A stretch of 63,604 nt of DNA, filler included, from 6 parts of 6 records of this genome joined end to end with filler, not necessarily neighbours in it, one strand, 5' to 3'; counted from the first letter of the whole stretch, positions 9,949 to 20,092 are shown. Numbers and translations are program-made. The notes: a model not told the origin generated them from the letters alone.

Positions 9949-11751
9949 ATGGCTAAAACATTGTTTTCACTTTTGAACAGACGGGTTCAAGAGACACCGG
10001 ATCGGGTCTATCTGAAATTCAGAGAACAGAGCGGGGCCTGGGGGGAAATGACCTGGAATGCCTATGGGCAAAAGATTGACCGCTTTTCAAAAGCATTGAT
10101 GGGCTATGGCATAAAACAGGGAGACAAAGTCTCACTCATCGGTCCCGGTTCTCCCAAATGGTTTGTGGCCGATATGTCAGCGATGACCACGGGTGCGGTG
10201 GTTGCCCCCATATATATTACAAGCAGTGGTGAGCAGATCGCCTATATTGTAAACCATTCCGAGGCAAGACTGCTGTTGGTTGACGACATCAATTATTTTT
10301 ACCGGATAGAACCGGTGATCAGTGAAATGCCGGGTCTTGAGCAGGTGGTTTTGTTGAACGGAAGGGCACCTGGAGACAATGACATGCTCACAGACCTGCC
10401 TTCCTTTGAAGCTTTGGGTGAAAACGTCTCTGATGAAGAACTGGCCGGGTGTCGACATTGCGTTGCCGAAAATATGGCGGCCTCCTATATTTACACCTCG
10501 GGAACCACGGGCAATCCAAAGGCCGTGATACTGAGCCAGAAGAACTATTTTGCAGCGGCCCAGAGCGTTTCCCAATGGCAAAAATTTTTGACGGAGGATA
10601 CCACCATCCCCCAGATCAAGCATGTTTGCTTTTTAACCCTGGCCCATGTTTTTGAACGGAACATGTCGATGACCGCTCCCCTTTTAACCGGGGCCTGCGT
10701 ATATTTCGGCGACCTGGGCAATGCCCTTCAAGAGTTACGGCAGATACAGCCGACCATTGTGGTGGCCCTGCCCAGAACCTGGGAAAAAATGTATGAAGGC
10801 ATCATGGCCTACCGGGGGCAGCTGCCCCCGGCCCGGCAGGAGGCTTTTGATCGGGCCGTCAATACCGGTAAAGCATACAATCTGCACCTTTATCAAAAGA
10901 CCGCTGTACCGCCGGAGCTTGAGGCGGATTATACCAGGGCCCATGATACGGTGATTGCAGCGGTTTTAGATCTGCTGGGCTGTTTTAAGGAGGCCAAACA
11001 CATCATGACCGGCGGCGCGGTCTCTTCGAGTAAAATCATTGATTTTTTCTTTTCCATGGGGATCTGGATCTGTCAGGTATACGGCCAGAGCGAATCCCTG
11101 GGCATGGGGGCGGCCGAAACCAGGGATTATCTCAGGTTCGGCTCAGTGGGCAAAGCCTTTCCGTTTTCGGAAGTTAAAACAGCCGATGACGGTGAGATCA
11201 TGTTGAAAAGCGAGATGGTATCCCCGGGTTACCATGACGAGCCTGAACTCAACCGAATCACCTTTAGGGATGGATGGCTTTATACCGGCGATATCGGGAC
11301 AATCGACGCGGATGGTTACCTGTGTATTACCGGCAGGAAAAAGGACATCATCATTACCTCAGGGGCTAAAAATATCACCCCGGCCAAAATAGAGGGCGCA
11401 TTGATGGGATCGCCCCTCATCGAACATGCAGTTGTCGTGGGCGAGGGGAAAAAGTTTCTCACCGCCCTGGTGACCCTCAGTCTGGAGGGGGGGAAAGCCT
11501 GGGCCGGAAACCGGGGAGCGCATGTTGAAACCTATATGGATCTTTTGGGCCTTGACCTTGTCAGCCGTGAAATAGATCGCCATGTTGCCCGGGTCAATGA
11601 GAAATTTTCAAGGGTGGAGCAGATAAAAAAGTTCTTCATTCTTCCCACACCCTTGACCGAGAAAAGCGGCGAACTCACGGCACTTCAGAAATTAAAGCGC
11701 TTTAAAGTCATAGAAAACAACACCCGGTTCATTGAAAAAATGTATGCCTGA
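9949..11751 (+). CDS. Long-chain fatty-acid--CoA ligase family protein
   Basis: YTSGTTGNPK, YGQSE, DGWLYTGDIG, GRKKDIIITSGAKNI. Confidence 0.9.
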   Translation: MAKTLFSLLNRRVQETPDRVYLKFREQSGAWGEMTWNAYGQKIDRFSKALMGYGIKQGDKVSLIGPGSPKWFVADMSAMTTGAVVAPIYITSSGEQIAYIVNHSEARLLLVDDINYFYRIEPVISEMPGLEQVVLLNGRAPGDNDMLTDLPSFEALGENVSDEELAGCRHCVAENMAASYIYTSGTTGNPKAVILSQKNYFAAAQSVSQWQKFLTEDTTIPQIKHVCFLTLAHVFERNMSMTAPLLTGACVYFGDLGNALQELRQIQPTIVVALPRTWEKMYEGIMAYRGQLPPARQEAFDRAVNTGKAYNLHLYQKTAVPPELEADYTRAHDTVIAAVLDLLGCFKEAKHIMTGGAVSSSKIIDFFFSMGIWICQVYGQSESLGMGAAETRDYLRFGSVGKAFPFSEVKTADDGEIMLKSEMVSPGYHDEPELNRITFRDGWLYTGDIGTIDADGYLCITGRKKDIIITSGAKNITPAKIEGALMGSPLIEHAVVVGEGKKFLTALVTLSLEGGKAWAGNRGAHVETYMDLLGLDLVSREIDRHVARVNEKFSRVEQIKKFFILPTPLTEKSGELTALQKLKRFKVIENNTRFIEKMYA

Positions 11752-11878
11752 TTACGCCCGGATACCCTCGCTTACTGGCCGCGCCTTGCTGGCGGCAGCA
11801 AGGCATTGTCAGGAATGGATGTGGGAAACGCCTTAATGAAGCTTCAGGGATTTGATATGGGCAATGAGTTGTCTGAAG

Positions 11879-11978
11879 NNNNNNNNNNNNNNNNNNNNNN
11901 NNNNNNNNNNNNNNNNNNNNNNTTAATTAATTAANNNNNNNNNNNNNNNNNNNNNNNNNNNNNNNNNNNNNNNNNNNN
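11879..11978. other. Artificial contig linker
   Basis: 44 N + TTAATTAATTAA (stops in all six frames) + 44 N. Confidence 0.98.
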
Positions 11979-11980
11979 AG

Positions 11981-12109
11981 ATAAGTTATTGTGAAGTACC
12001 TAATTGCCCTACTTCTTTTGGAGTTTTTGAAGAAAGTGGAAGTTGTTATGTAGAGCAATGCCCCGAAGGAACTGTTGAAAATTATAATGGGGAGTGCATA
12101 GATGAATAG
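11981..12109 (+). CDS. 3' end of a Cys-rich protein (partial at contig start)
   Basis: Own translation ISYCEVPNCPTSFGVFEESGSCYVEQCPEGTVENYNGECIDE*; overlaps the next ATG. Confidence 0.6.
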   Translation: MSYCEVPNCPTSFGVFEESGSCYVEQCPEGTVENYNGECIDE

Positions 12110-12953
12110 AAGAGATTTATTAAAATTTTTGACATTACCTTTTTTTTCTAAAGCTTTATTTGCAAATGATAAAAATAATACTTTTAGAATAACAATGAAT
12201 GGTGATTTAGATGATGATTTAATAGTGCTTAAAGCTACCTCAGCAAACTGCATAATTAAAGATATTTATCAAATGCATAACCCAAGTGGAAAACTAAAAT
12301 ACGATGGTCAAGTTTATGATATTAAACACTCTCCAGGTTTCATTAGCTTTGAAGAAGAGTATCAAATCAAAGATGATGAGGTTTATTGTATTTGCCTTGC
12401 AAATGAAAGAGAAGAAGAATCACTTCCAAGAGATAAAAGAATCAGAACACATTATAAAAGTGAAAAGCTATTATTTAATAATCAAGTGTTGTTTCCTGCT
12501 TTAATGCCAGAGTATAACTCAGTACCTAACTACCCTTTATGGTTCAATAGTATTGAAACACCACGAATTGATAGAAGGGATATCAATGGTAATACATATA
12601 ATTACTACAAACTATTTGAAAATACTACCGTTCCATTTGGAATAGTAGTATCAAAACATGGAAATATAAAAGTAATGCTTTTTAATCAAAACAATGAATT
12701 AATGTATTCATTTAATGAACAAGTTACTACAAAAGTAAAAAATTTGAAAAGTGAAGAGCTTAAAAATAAAAAGCTTAAGTCACATCCATTTACAGAGTTA
12801 AATAATATTCTTAATATTGATGAAGAAAAAGAAATCTCAAACAATGATTATATTGAAACTGTTGTTCTTGAATATGATAATAGATTGTTTACTATTAAAA
12901 TGCCCTACCCAATTATGTACCCAAACCTACTTTATACAGTATCAGTAAATTAA
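12102..12953 (+). CDS. Exported protein, paralogue of the internal domain of the TraN-like protein
   Basis: Twin-arginine-like N-terminus MNRRDLLK; collinear motifs shared with aa ~383-662 of ORF 14779. Confidence 0.75.
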   Translation: MNRRDLLKFLTLPFFSKALFANDKNNTFRITMNGDLDDDLIVLKATSANCIIKDIYQMHNPSGKLKYDGQVYDIKHSPGFISFEEEYQIKDDEVYCICLANEREEESLPRDKRIRTHYKSEKLLFNNQVLFPALMPEYNSVPNYPLWFNSIETPRIDRRDINGNTYNYYKLFENTTVPFGIVVSKHGNIKVMLFNQNNELMYSFNEQVTTKVKNLKSEELKNKKLKSHPFTELNNILNIDEEKEISNNDYIETVVLEYDNRLFTIKMPYPIMYPNLLYTVSVN

Positions 12954-12962
12954 GGAAAAAAA

Positions 12963-14147
12963 ATGAAAAAGATATCAAGTTATGAAAAAATTTTACACTG
13001 GTTGTTATTACTAAGTTTCTTAGGATTGTGTTTTACTGCATTAGCTGCTGAATATTTTTTTAGTAAAGAGGCAATAATGGACTCTTTTAAAAAGTCTTTG
13101 CCAATGCTTAATATAACAATTGCACCTGCAGACCAATTCTTTATTTCAAGAATTGCAAGAAGAGATACATGGGATATCCATTTATATTTTGGTTTAGCAT
13201 TTTCTTTATTTACTATCTTATGGATATCTATTACTTTACTAAGAAAAAACTCTAACTACATTTTATTTAAGACTATCTTCTTCAGTAGTGCCTTAACACT
13301 AGTTGTAACTGGTATTTATATGTGGTTAAGACTTTATATTGAAGTTTCAGAAGAAACATTCTCATTACTTAAAAAAATTCATTATTACGCATATTGGGCT
13401 TTTATATATACCTTAGTAACTCATATTGCATATGTAATTTATGCTGAGAATAAAAAGAAAAGAAAAGGAGCATTTTCAAACATGGTAAATTTTAAAAATC
13501 TTATAGCTGCTATTTTAATATCTAGTACATTTGTTTCAACACCATCTTTAGCAGAAGAAAGTGATTTAAAAAAATGGGCTAATGATAGAAACTATATTGA
13601 AGGAGTATTGTATATTGAAGGTGATAAAGGTTATGACACTCTAGTTAAAGAAGTTGCAAATTGTCCTTATGATAAATGTAAACTTGAAGATATAGACCAA
13701 ACTCAATTTGGTACAAAAAAGATTGAAATCAAAAAACCTAATTATAAAAAAGCAATTAAACTTTTATCACAATCATCAAAGGCAGGAAATCCTCTTGCAA
13801 GTGAAAAACTTCTTACCTTCTTAACAAAAAGAATTGATTATAAAAGTAAAAAGCCTAATGGTTACTTATTAAAAGAACTAAAAAAAGACACTGGATTAAA
13901 TCTTAAAGAATACAGAAAAATCATCATTGATACAGTTGAAAATGGAACAAATTCTAATAAAAGTTGTTTCAGTGAATTTCTTGCAGCTGAAATGTATGAA
14001 AAAGGTATTTTAAATACAAAAATAAATATTGAAACTTCAATCAAACATTATAAAAGAGCTACTGAGATATGCCCTAGTAACAATTTATTTAAAATGTTAG
14101 CTAATGGGAAATATAACAATCTTAGTAAACAATCTAAGAACTTATAA
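12963..14147 (+). CDS. Di-heme cytochrome b (b561/Ni-hydrogenase type) fused to a Sel1-like domain
   Basis: Four TM helices with His (LHW, IHLYFG, IHYY, THIAY), then a signal-like segment and Sel1-like motifs (NYKKAIKLL..SSKAGN, AEMYEKG...HYKRA). Confidence 0.65.
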   Translation: MKKISSYEKILHWLLLLSFLGLCFTALAAEYFFSKEAIMDSFKKSLPMLNITIAPADQFFISRIARRDTWDIHLYFGLAFSLFTILWISITLLRKNSNYILFKTIFFSSALTLVVTGIYMWLRLYIEVSEETFSLLKKIHYYAYWAFIYTLVTHIAYVIYAENKKKRKGAFSNMVNFKNLIAAILISSTFVSTPSLAEESDLKKWANDRNYIEGVLYIEGDKGYDTLVKEVANCPYDKCKLEDIDQTQFGTKKIEIKKPNYKKAIKLLSQSSKAGNPLASEKLLTFLTKRIDYKSKKPNGYLLKELKKDTGLNLKEYRKIIIDTVENGTNSNKSCFSEFLAAEMYEKGILNTKINIETSIKHYKRATEICPSNNLFKMLANGKYNNLSKQSKNL

Positions 14148-14158
14148 AAAGGATTTTT

Positions 14159-14461
14159 ATGGTTGCACGAATGAAAGAGAAGAACAGAAAGAAAAGCGAT
14201 GTTAGAAAGTGTCTTATATGTGGAAAAAAAGCATCAAGAACATATGAAAACTTTTGCTCACTAAAATGTACTAAAGATTATGCTGAATATAAAACTATAA
14301 ATATGCCTATTCCTTTTGTAAAAAGACTTTTCAACCATTGTCCAAATGAAGCACATAGAATTGAACAATTAAAAACTTATGCCAAAAGACATAAATATAG
14401 AGAAGATTTTGTAATCAAAAGAGCAAATGAAATAAATAGAGAGATTAATCGTCATGGATAA
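14159..14461 (+). CDS. Hypothetical protein with treble-clef-like Zn finger
   Basis: CLICGK...FCSLKC; SD AAGGA. Confidence 0.6.
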   Translation: MVARMKEKNRKKSDVRKCLICGKKASRTYENFCSLKCTKDYAEYKTINMPIPFVKRLFNHCPNEAHRIEQLKTYAKRHKYREDFVIKRANEINREINRHG

Positions 14462-14786
14462 TATTAAAGTATTAAATATAAAAGAAAAAATTGATATTGC
14501 AAAGAAAACAACTTCCCATGAAGTATTGACATTTCTATCAGAAGATTTATCTATAAATGTGCGTACTGAAGTTGCTAAGAATCTAAGTACTCCAGTCGAA
14601 GTTATTAATAAATTAGCATATGATGCAGTATTAAATGTTTCATATACAGCTAATAAACATTTTAGATGTACTGTAAAAAGAGAGTTTAACTCTTCCCCTT
14701 CAAATAATTCTTGTGTTGTTTGTGATGTACTTGAAATTGAAAAACTAACATATTGTAGCAATTGTCAAAGGAAACACTATGCTTAA
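14454..14786 (+). CDS. Hypothetical protein with LRV/HEAT-like repeats and Cys-rich C-terminus
   Basis: LSED...VRTEVAKN..TP.EVINKLAYD; CVVC...CSNC. Confidence 0.6.
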   Translation: MDNIKVLNIKEKIDIAKKTTSHEVLTFLSEDLSINVRTEVAKNLSTPVEVINKLAYDAVLNVSYTANKHFRCTVKREFNSSPSNNSCVVCDVLEIEKLTYCSNCQRKHYA

Positions 14787-17700
14787 TATTAAAAAATTAT
14801 ATCAAAACTTTTTAAGTGTATTATTAGTTAATCTATTAATATTTCATACTGTATTTCCAGTTTATGCTCAAGCTACTTCTGATAATCCAGATACTGTTCT
14901 AAGAGATAGTTGGTTTTTTAATCAAACTGATACATCAACTAGTGGAGAACCTTCAAATCTGAAATATTTTAAACATTTCGATGCAATGCCAGAAGAAATC
15001 AATCTTAAAATATTCAAAGACCAAGATTTATCACATTTAGAGGGGAAAAAACTCTTTGTTGGATATGGACTTGCTGATCCAAAAAATGGAGATTGTAAAG
15101 TTTTTCCAGCAAGTGAGACAGGATATACTAATGATATAACTGTTTGTTTACCTTGGTGGAGAATTGAAAGGGAATATGTTGTAAATAAAACAAATGAAGA
15201 AGTAACTGCTCAAAACCAAATACTTGAAGATATTAAAAATAATACAAGACCACCTATTAATTTTAAGACTTGTAAAGCTTGGGATAATGGAAAACAATAT
15301 CCAGGAGGAAAGGTAACTTGTACAAGTTATTATGATAGAAATGCATCATCAAGTTGTTGGAGTAATCCAGAACAACCAGAGTGTTGGGTAAACAACTGTT
15401 CTGAAAACATTAAAAACTATTGTACTTATATAGATAGTGCAGTTGGAGAAAAGACTACTTTAGAAACAGCAACTAATAGTGCTGTTGGTTCACCTGTTGC
15501 AACCTCTACAAAAATTAATCTTATTTCTCATCAATATGATTGTCCTTCTGGTCCACTTGTTGAAAAAGTAAAATGTTTAGATGAAGTTAGTGCAACAATA
15601 TTTCCTCAAGAGTGTTCAGAAGGGGTTTATGAATATTGTGATGAGAGAAGACCTAATTTTGATGGTGCAGGAAACCTAGTTTCATACTCAGGAACTTGTT
15701 CAAATGGGAAAGAAATAGTTTGTGAAGCCAATAAATTTAATACTCAAAGTAAGATATGTACAGCTCCTATTTATAAAGATTATGAAACAAGCGATATTCA
15801 ATCGGCAACTTTAACAAGAGATTATGAAACTTTTGAAGCTGATGTTTTATCTGGTGAACCAGATATATATATGGCTAAAGACAACTGTTTAAGAGCTAAT
15901 ACTGTTGAAGATGCAAGAAATCAAGAATTATTTGTAAAAATTAAAGGTAGTGGTTTCCTTGATGATGATATTTATGTACTTAGACACGCAAGTGATGGTT
16001 CTCATATCAAAGTTTATTGTAATATGCAACACGCAGAGAATAGAGGAAATAGAAAGAATTATAACGGGGATATCTTACAGTGTATAGACAATGACGGTAA
16101 TTATTCTTTCAATAAGACTACGGAAATTAAAACAACAGATATAGTATCTGTTCAACAAAACTCAGAAAATGAAAATGTAAGTGGAACTCCTTTTGCTTTA
16201 GGAAGAAATCATTATGGTTCAACTAAATTAACTATTGACGGAGTTGAAGTTGCACCTGAAACATTTGCAGGTAACTTTCCATATTATCCTAGGGATACTA
16301 GTTGGTTAAGGACATGGGATAATACAACTTCAACATTTTCTATCCTTTTTCCTTTTGCAGGTGCATATGATATTAGGTTCTATAATAAAACCAACACTGA
16401 AGTTGCAAAAGCATTAATTTCAATTGAAGACTTTAGGGAAATTGTTGAAGATGGTTCTTTACAATTAAAACTTGGTAAAAATATGCTACTTGCACCAAAA
16501 ATGCAAGATGATTTCATTAATGAAGATGGTACAAAAACACTTAAAGCCAATAGAGAAGATAACTGGGTTGAATGGGGTGGTGGTGTATTTGGTGGTAGAC
16601 ATTCTACTAAAGGTACATCAGTTTTAAAACCTAATGACTCTTATGTAAAACAAAATGCTGTACACAGTGTTATTATTAAAGATTTAATTACAGGAGCTAT
16701 AACACCTATTCCATTAGTTTACCCTCTTCCTTATCCTAATAGAGTTTTTGTAAGTAAGCTTAATGTATATGAGAAAAGAAAATATAGATGTTATAACGAC
16801 TTCCCAGATACTACATTCTTAGGAACGAGTACTTCATCTGAAATAAAACAAGTTTGTAGTACTGATCCAAATTATATTGACTATAAAAGTGGACTAAGTA
16901 TAGACTCTACAATTATCCCTAAATGGGAAAATGAAACAATATGTGGTCAAAACTGTAGACAATATGAAGAGTGTACTCTAAATACGAATGATAACTATAC
17001 TTGTGAACAAAGAGGTGGAGAAGATATCGGAGGCGATATTGCAGGTAATGAATTCTCTTCAAAAACTTCTTGTAATGAACAATGCTATAAACAGAATGAA
17101 TGTGTAGACTTCAGAGACAATAAATGTAATCTTGTAGAAGAAAAAGTTTCAGAACCAATTTCTGATATGTATGGGAAAACTGTATTTAGAAAGAAAGAAG
17201 TAGCTTATAGATGTATTGATAATGTTAGAAAACAAGTAGGATGTGATAAATGGGAGTATAAAGACCTAGAAGGAGATACAACATTTAGGCATGATGCAGG
17301 TTTTGAGACATTTGATTTTAGTTCAAACTTTGAGAAAGCAGTTACCCATGCAGCTAATTTAGAAGTTGGGATGTTACACATTTGGTCAGGTTGGAAAGGT
17401 GAATGTGTATATGGTAAAAAATGGGATTTCTCTTATCTTTCTGATCCAATGACATTAGTAAGTTATGCAATGATGGCATATTCAAGTTATGAATGGTTTA
17501 ATTCTACAGGAACAACTACTACCAACAACAATGATGGTGGTGGAGGCGGTGGCTCTAGTGGTACTGATGGTGGTGGTGCAGGAGCAGGTGGAGCAGTAAA
17601 TGCTACTTCTAACCTTACTCAATCAACATGGGGACAATTCCAAGAGTCAATTAAAAAAATTGCAACAGATTTTCAAGCAGGATGGGATGATTTAGCGAAA

Positions 17701-18232
17701 GATGTTACAAAAAGTTTAGAAACAGTTACAAAACCATTCACAACTGCTTATAATGACTTAATGACCTCTTTAGGAAATAGTATAACAAAAAATCCTTTTA
17801 CTGAAAGCTTAAGCAAAATTTCTGATGCAATTACTAGTGGGATTACAGAAAACCCAATTAGTGATGCTATAGGAAGTGGATATGATGGTATCAAAGGAGG
17901 AGTTGAAGGGTTATATAGTGATGCAATGTCAAAAATCACTGAACTTTCTAAAGATACTTTTATGGGTGAAATGATTGGAACATTAGAAGGCTCATATCAA
18001 AAAGTTACTGATTTTTTAGCAAAAGATATTATTGGACAAAGTGGAGATTGGGTTCATATTACTTATGGAAAATTAGCAAAGTTTGGAATTAATGTTGCAA
18101 TGGCAGCTATGGCTCCTCCTCCAGAGGCATACCAAAAAGCAGACCAGATTTTAAAAGGTTATTATGGTATGTCTTCAGAAGAAAGTGATTTAGTTGCATA
18201 TAACTCTTGTATGGCATCTATTGGACTATCAT
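14779..18232 (+). CDS. traN: TraN-like mating-pair stabilisation protein (3' partial)
   Basis: Signal peptide, >1150 aa, very Cys-rich; NFEKAVTHAANLE...HIWSGWKGEC resembles the TraN C-terminal F..A...L / IF.G....C block; runs into the gap. Confidence 0.7.
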
Positions 18233-18332
18233 NNNNNNNNNNNNNNNNNNNNNNNNNNNNNNNNNNNNNNNNNNNNTTAATTAATTAANNNNNNNNNNNN
18301 NNNNNNNNNNNNNNNNNNNNNNNNNNNNNNNN
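18233..18332. other. Artificial contig linker
   Basis: N-run + TTAATTAATTAA + N-run. Confidence 0.98.
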
Positions 18333-18481
18333 GATGTATCAAAAAGAAACTAAAATTTATACAGTTAACTATAAAAGAATTTTTTTATACATTAATATTA
18401 TAACCTACTTATTAATTTCATGCTTGATGGAAATTGCTTATTTAAGAATTTTTATTTGGATTACATAGCATAAATAATCAA

Positions 18482-18536
18482 TGAGCTGATCAAACCCATA
18501 TTTTAGAAAACTAAAATTGGAATATTGATCAGCTCA
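18482..18536. repeat. 55-nt imperfect hairpin with 12-bp perfect outer arms
   Basis: TGAGCTGATCAA ... TTGATCAGCTCA with inner ATTTTAG-AAAA-CTAAAAT. Confidence 0.7.
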
Positions 18537-18616
18537 AACTCTATAATTACAGTGCTTTTATTTGCTGCCTCCCCAAGGCAGTTTTAACAAATTTTTTTCT
18601 AGTTTTTATTTTTGCT

Positions 18617-18775
18617 CTATCTAAAATCTTCTCCGTGTTTTGGGATAAAACCAAGTTGAATTATTTCGCTTTTAAGTAGATTCTTTTGATTTGAATTATT
18701 TCTTTTACTACTGTTTTTACGGTTTGGATTTAAACTTCTAAAAAAATGCAAAATATATAATTTTATAAAATTCAA
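18617..18775 (-). CDS. Small hypothetical protein (52 aa)
   Basis: TTG start after AAGGGGG; hydrophobic N-terminus, Lys/Asn-rich tail. Confidence 0.35.
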   Translation of the reverse strand: MNFIKLYILHFFRSLNPNRKNSSKRNNSNQKNLLKSEIIQLGFIPKHGEDFR

Positions 18776-18828
18776 AATACTATTACCCCCTTTTTTTACT
18801 TTTCGATCGTTCAATATTTTTTTCTTCT

Positions 18829-18903
18829 TCAATTTTGCAACAGTATTTTTGCCATTTGCATTGTTCGACCTGTTTTGCTAAAATAAATAATTGAAATTTT
18901 CAT
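18829..18903 (-). pseudogene. Flavodoxin N-terminal remnant
   Basis: MKISIIYFSKTGRTMQMAKILLQN* matches the flavodoxin FMN loop Y.S.TG.T..MA; ATGA overlap with the GNAT stop; ends after 24 aa. Confidence 0.6.
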
Positions 18904-19349
18904 CTCAAATCCTCAATATTAAACTCACCTATTAATGCAGTATTCAGATCAAAGCCTACTTTCTCATATAAATATTTTGCCGGATTATCTTCACCTACAT
19001 GTAATCTCATTTTCCAAACTTTTTCTTTTTTAGCCAATTCAATTACTTCATTTAATAAACCCTCTGCGATACCTTTTCTTCTATATGTTTCCTTAACCCA
19101 CAATTCATCTACATACATTACCCCAACCTTATCATGAGCTTTTGGAATTGCGCAAGCTGAGCACCAACCTACATATTTCCCTTCATACCTTGCTGCTAAA
19201 ACAAAAAAATTATCAGAACTAATTTTCCAACGCTTAGTTCTATCTATTATTTTTTTATTCCCGGTTTCTTCCAAGGTTCTCGCATTTGTTAGTCTTTCCA
19301 TAATTTTTCTATTATTTTCTGCCAATCTTATAATTTCAAGCTGTGTCAC
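18900..19349 (-). CDS. GNAT family N-acetyltransferase
   Basis: LWVKETYRRKGIAEGLL, NPAKYLYEKVGF; GTG start with GGAGG SD. Confidence 0.85.
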   Translation of the reverse strand: MTQLEIIRLAENNRKIMERLTNARTLEETGNKKIIDRTKRWKISSDNFFVLAARYEGKYVGWCSACAIPKAHDKVGVMYVDELWVKETYRRKGIAEGLLNEVIELAKKEKVWKMRLHVGEDNPAKYLYEKVGFDLNTALIGEFNIEDLR

Positions 19350-19383
19350 TTTTCCTCCACTTCCTTAAATTGATATTAATTTT

Positions 19384-20088
19384 TTATACAACTATTTCAA
19401 TGTATTTACCTGATATTGGCTCAATTATTTCAATTTCAGGATTCTTATCAAGGCAATATTTTTTAAAATCTTCCAATGCTTTTTGAGGATCTGAATTCCA
19501 TTCAAAATGTATAGGCATAACTTTTTTAGGTTGTACTAATTTTACTGCTTCTGCTGCTTGATAAGCATCCATCGTTCCACCTCCACCTATTGGCACAAGT
19601 AAAACATCAATATCATATATTCTTGAATACAGTAACATTTCAGCTATTAAACTAGTATCTCCCGTATGATAAATTGTTGTTCCGTCATTCATAATCACTA
19701 TATGACCCATTGCACAACCTGTTCGCGAAGTATGATATGCAGGAGTTGAAATAACTTCTATTCCATCAAAATCAAATCCTCCACCTGGCAGATAACCTTG
19801 TCCGTTATTAACTACTAAATTCTGATTTAACCCGTCACTAATTAATCTCTGCATCGTTTCAACGGAACCACCAATTAATGCTCCAGTATTATTGCAGAGC
19901 TCAATTGCTGAACCAATGTGATCTTCATGGTCATGACTGACAAGTACAATATCTGCTTTTTTTATACTTTTTATTTCAATTGGACAATTAGGATTTCCTT
20001 TTACTCTATCCCAAGGATCAAAGTAGATAGTTTTGTTATTTGAGCTTATTAACTCAACAAAAGCTAATCCAAGATATTTTAGTTTCAT
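19384..20088 (-). CDS. Metallo-beta-lactamase-fold hydrolase (UPF0173-like)
   Basis: SHDHEDH, YHTGDT, PIGG..TM, PIHF. Confidence 0.88.
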   Translation of the reverse strand: MKLKYLGLAFVELISSNNKTIYFDPWDRVKGNPNCPIEIKSIKKADIVLVSHDHEDHIGSAIELCNNTGALIGGSVETMQRLISDGLNQNLVVNNGQGYLPGGGFDFDGIEVISTPAYHTSRTGCAMGHIVIMNDGTTIYHTGDTSLIAEMLLYSRIYDIDVLLVPIGGGGTMDAYQAAEAVKLVQPKKVMPIHFEWNSDPQKALEDFKKYCLDKNPEIEIIEPISGKYIEIVV

Positions 20089-20092
20089 TATT

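Larger units (their letters stand above)
11979..18232 (+). mobile_element. Fragment of an F-type conjugative plasmid/ICE transfer region (host possibly Campylobacterota)
   Basis: TraN-like gene plus tightly overlapping co-oriented AT-rich ORFs; host assignment is inference. Confidence 0.6.

Noticed and set aside
720-11583. Many 60-260 aa overlapping or antisense ORFs in contig 1 (also in contig 6)
   Set aside because: Shadow frames of GC-richer genes with no recognisable motifs.
11927-12253. ORF-track entries containing X residues (also the ends of 14779..18288 and 58507..58890)
   Set aside because: Artefacts of translating through the linkers.
18830-18890. GCAAA-rich tract resembling a c-di-GMP-I riboswitch on the minus strand
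   Set aside because: No GACGCAAA core or proper stems; better explained as the flavodoxin stub.
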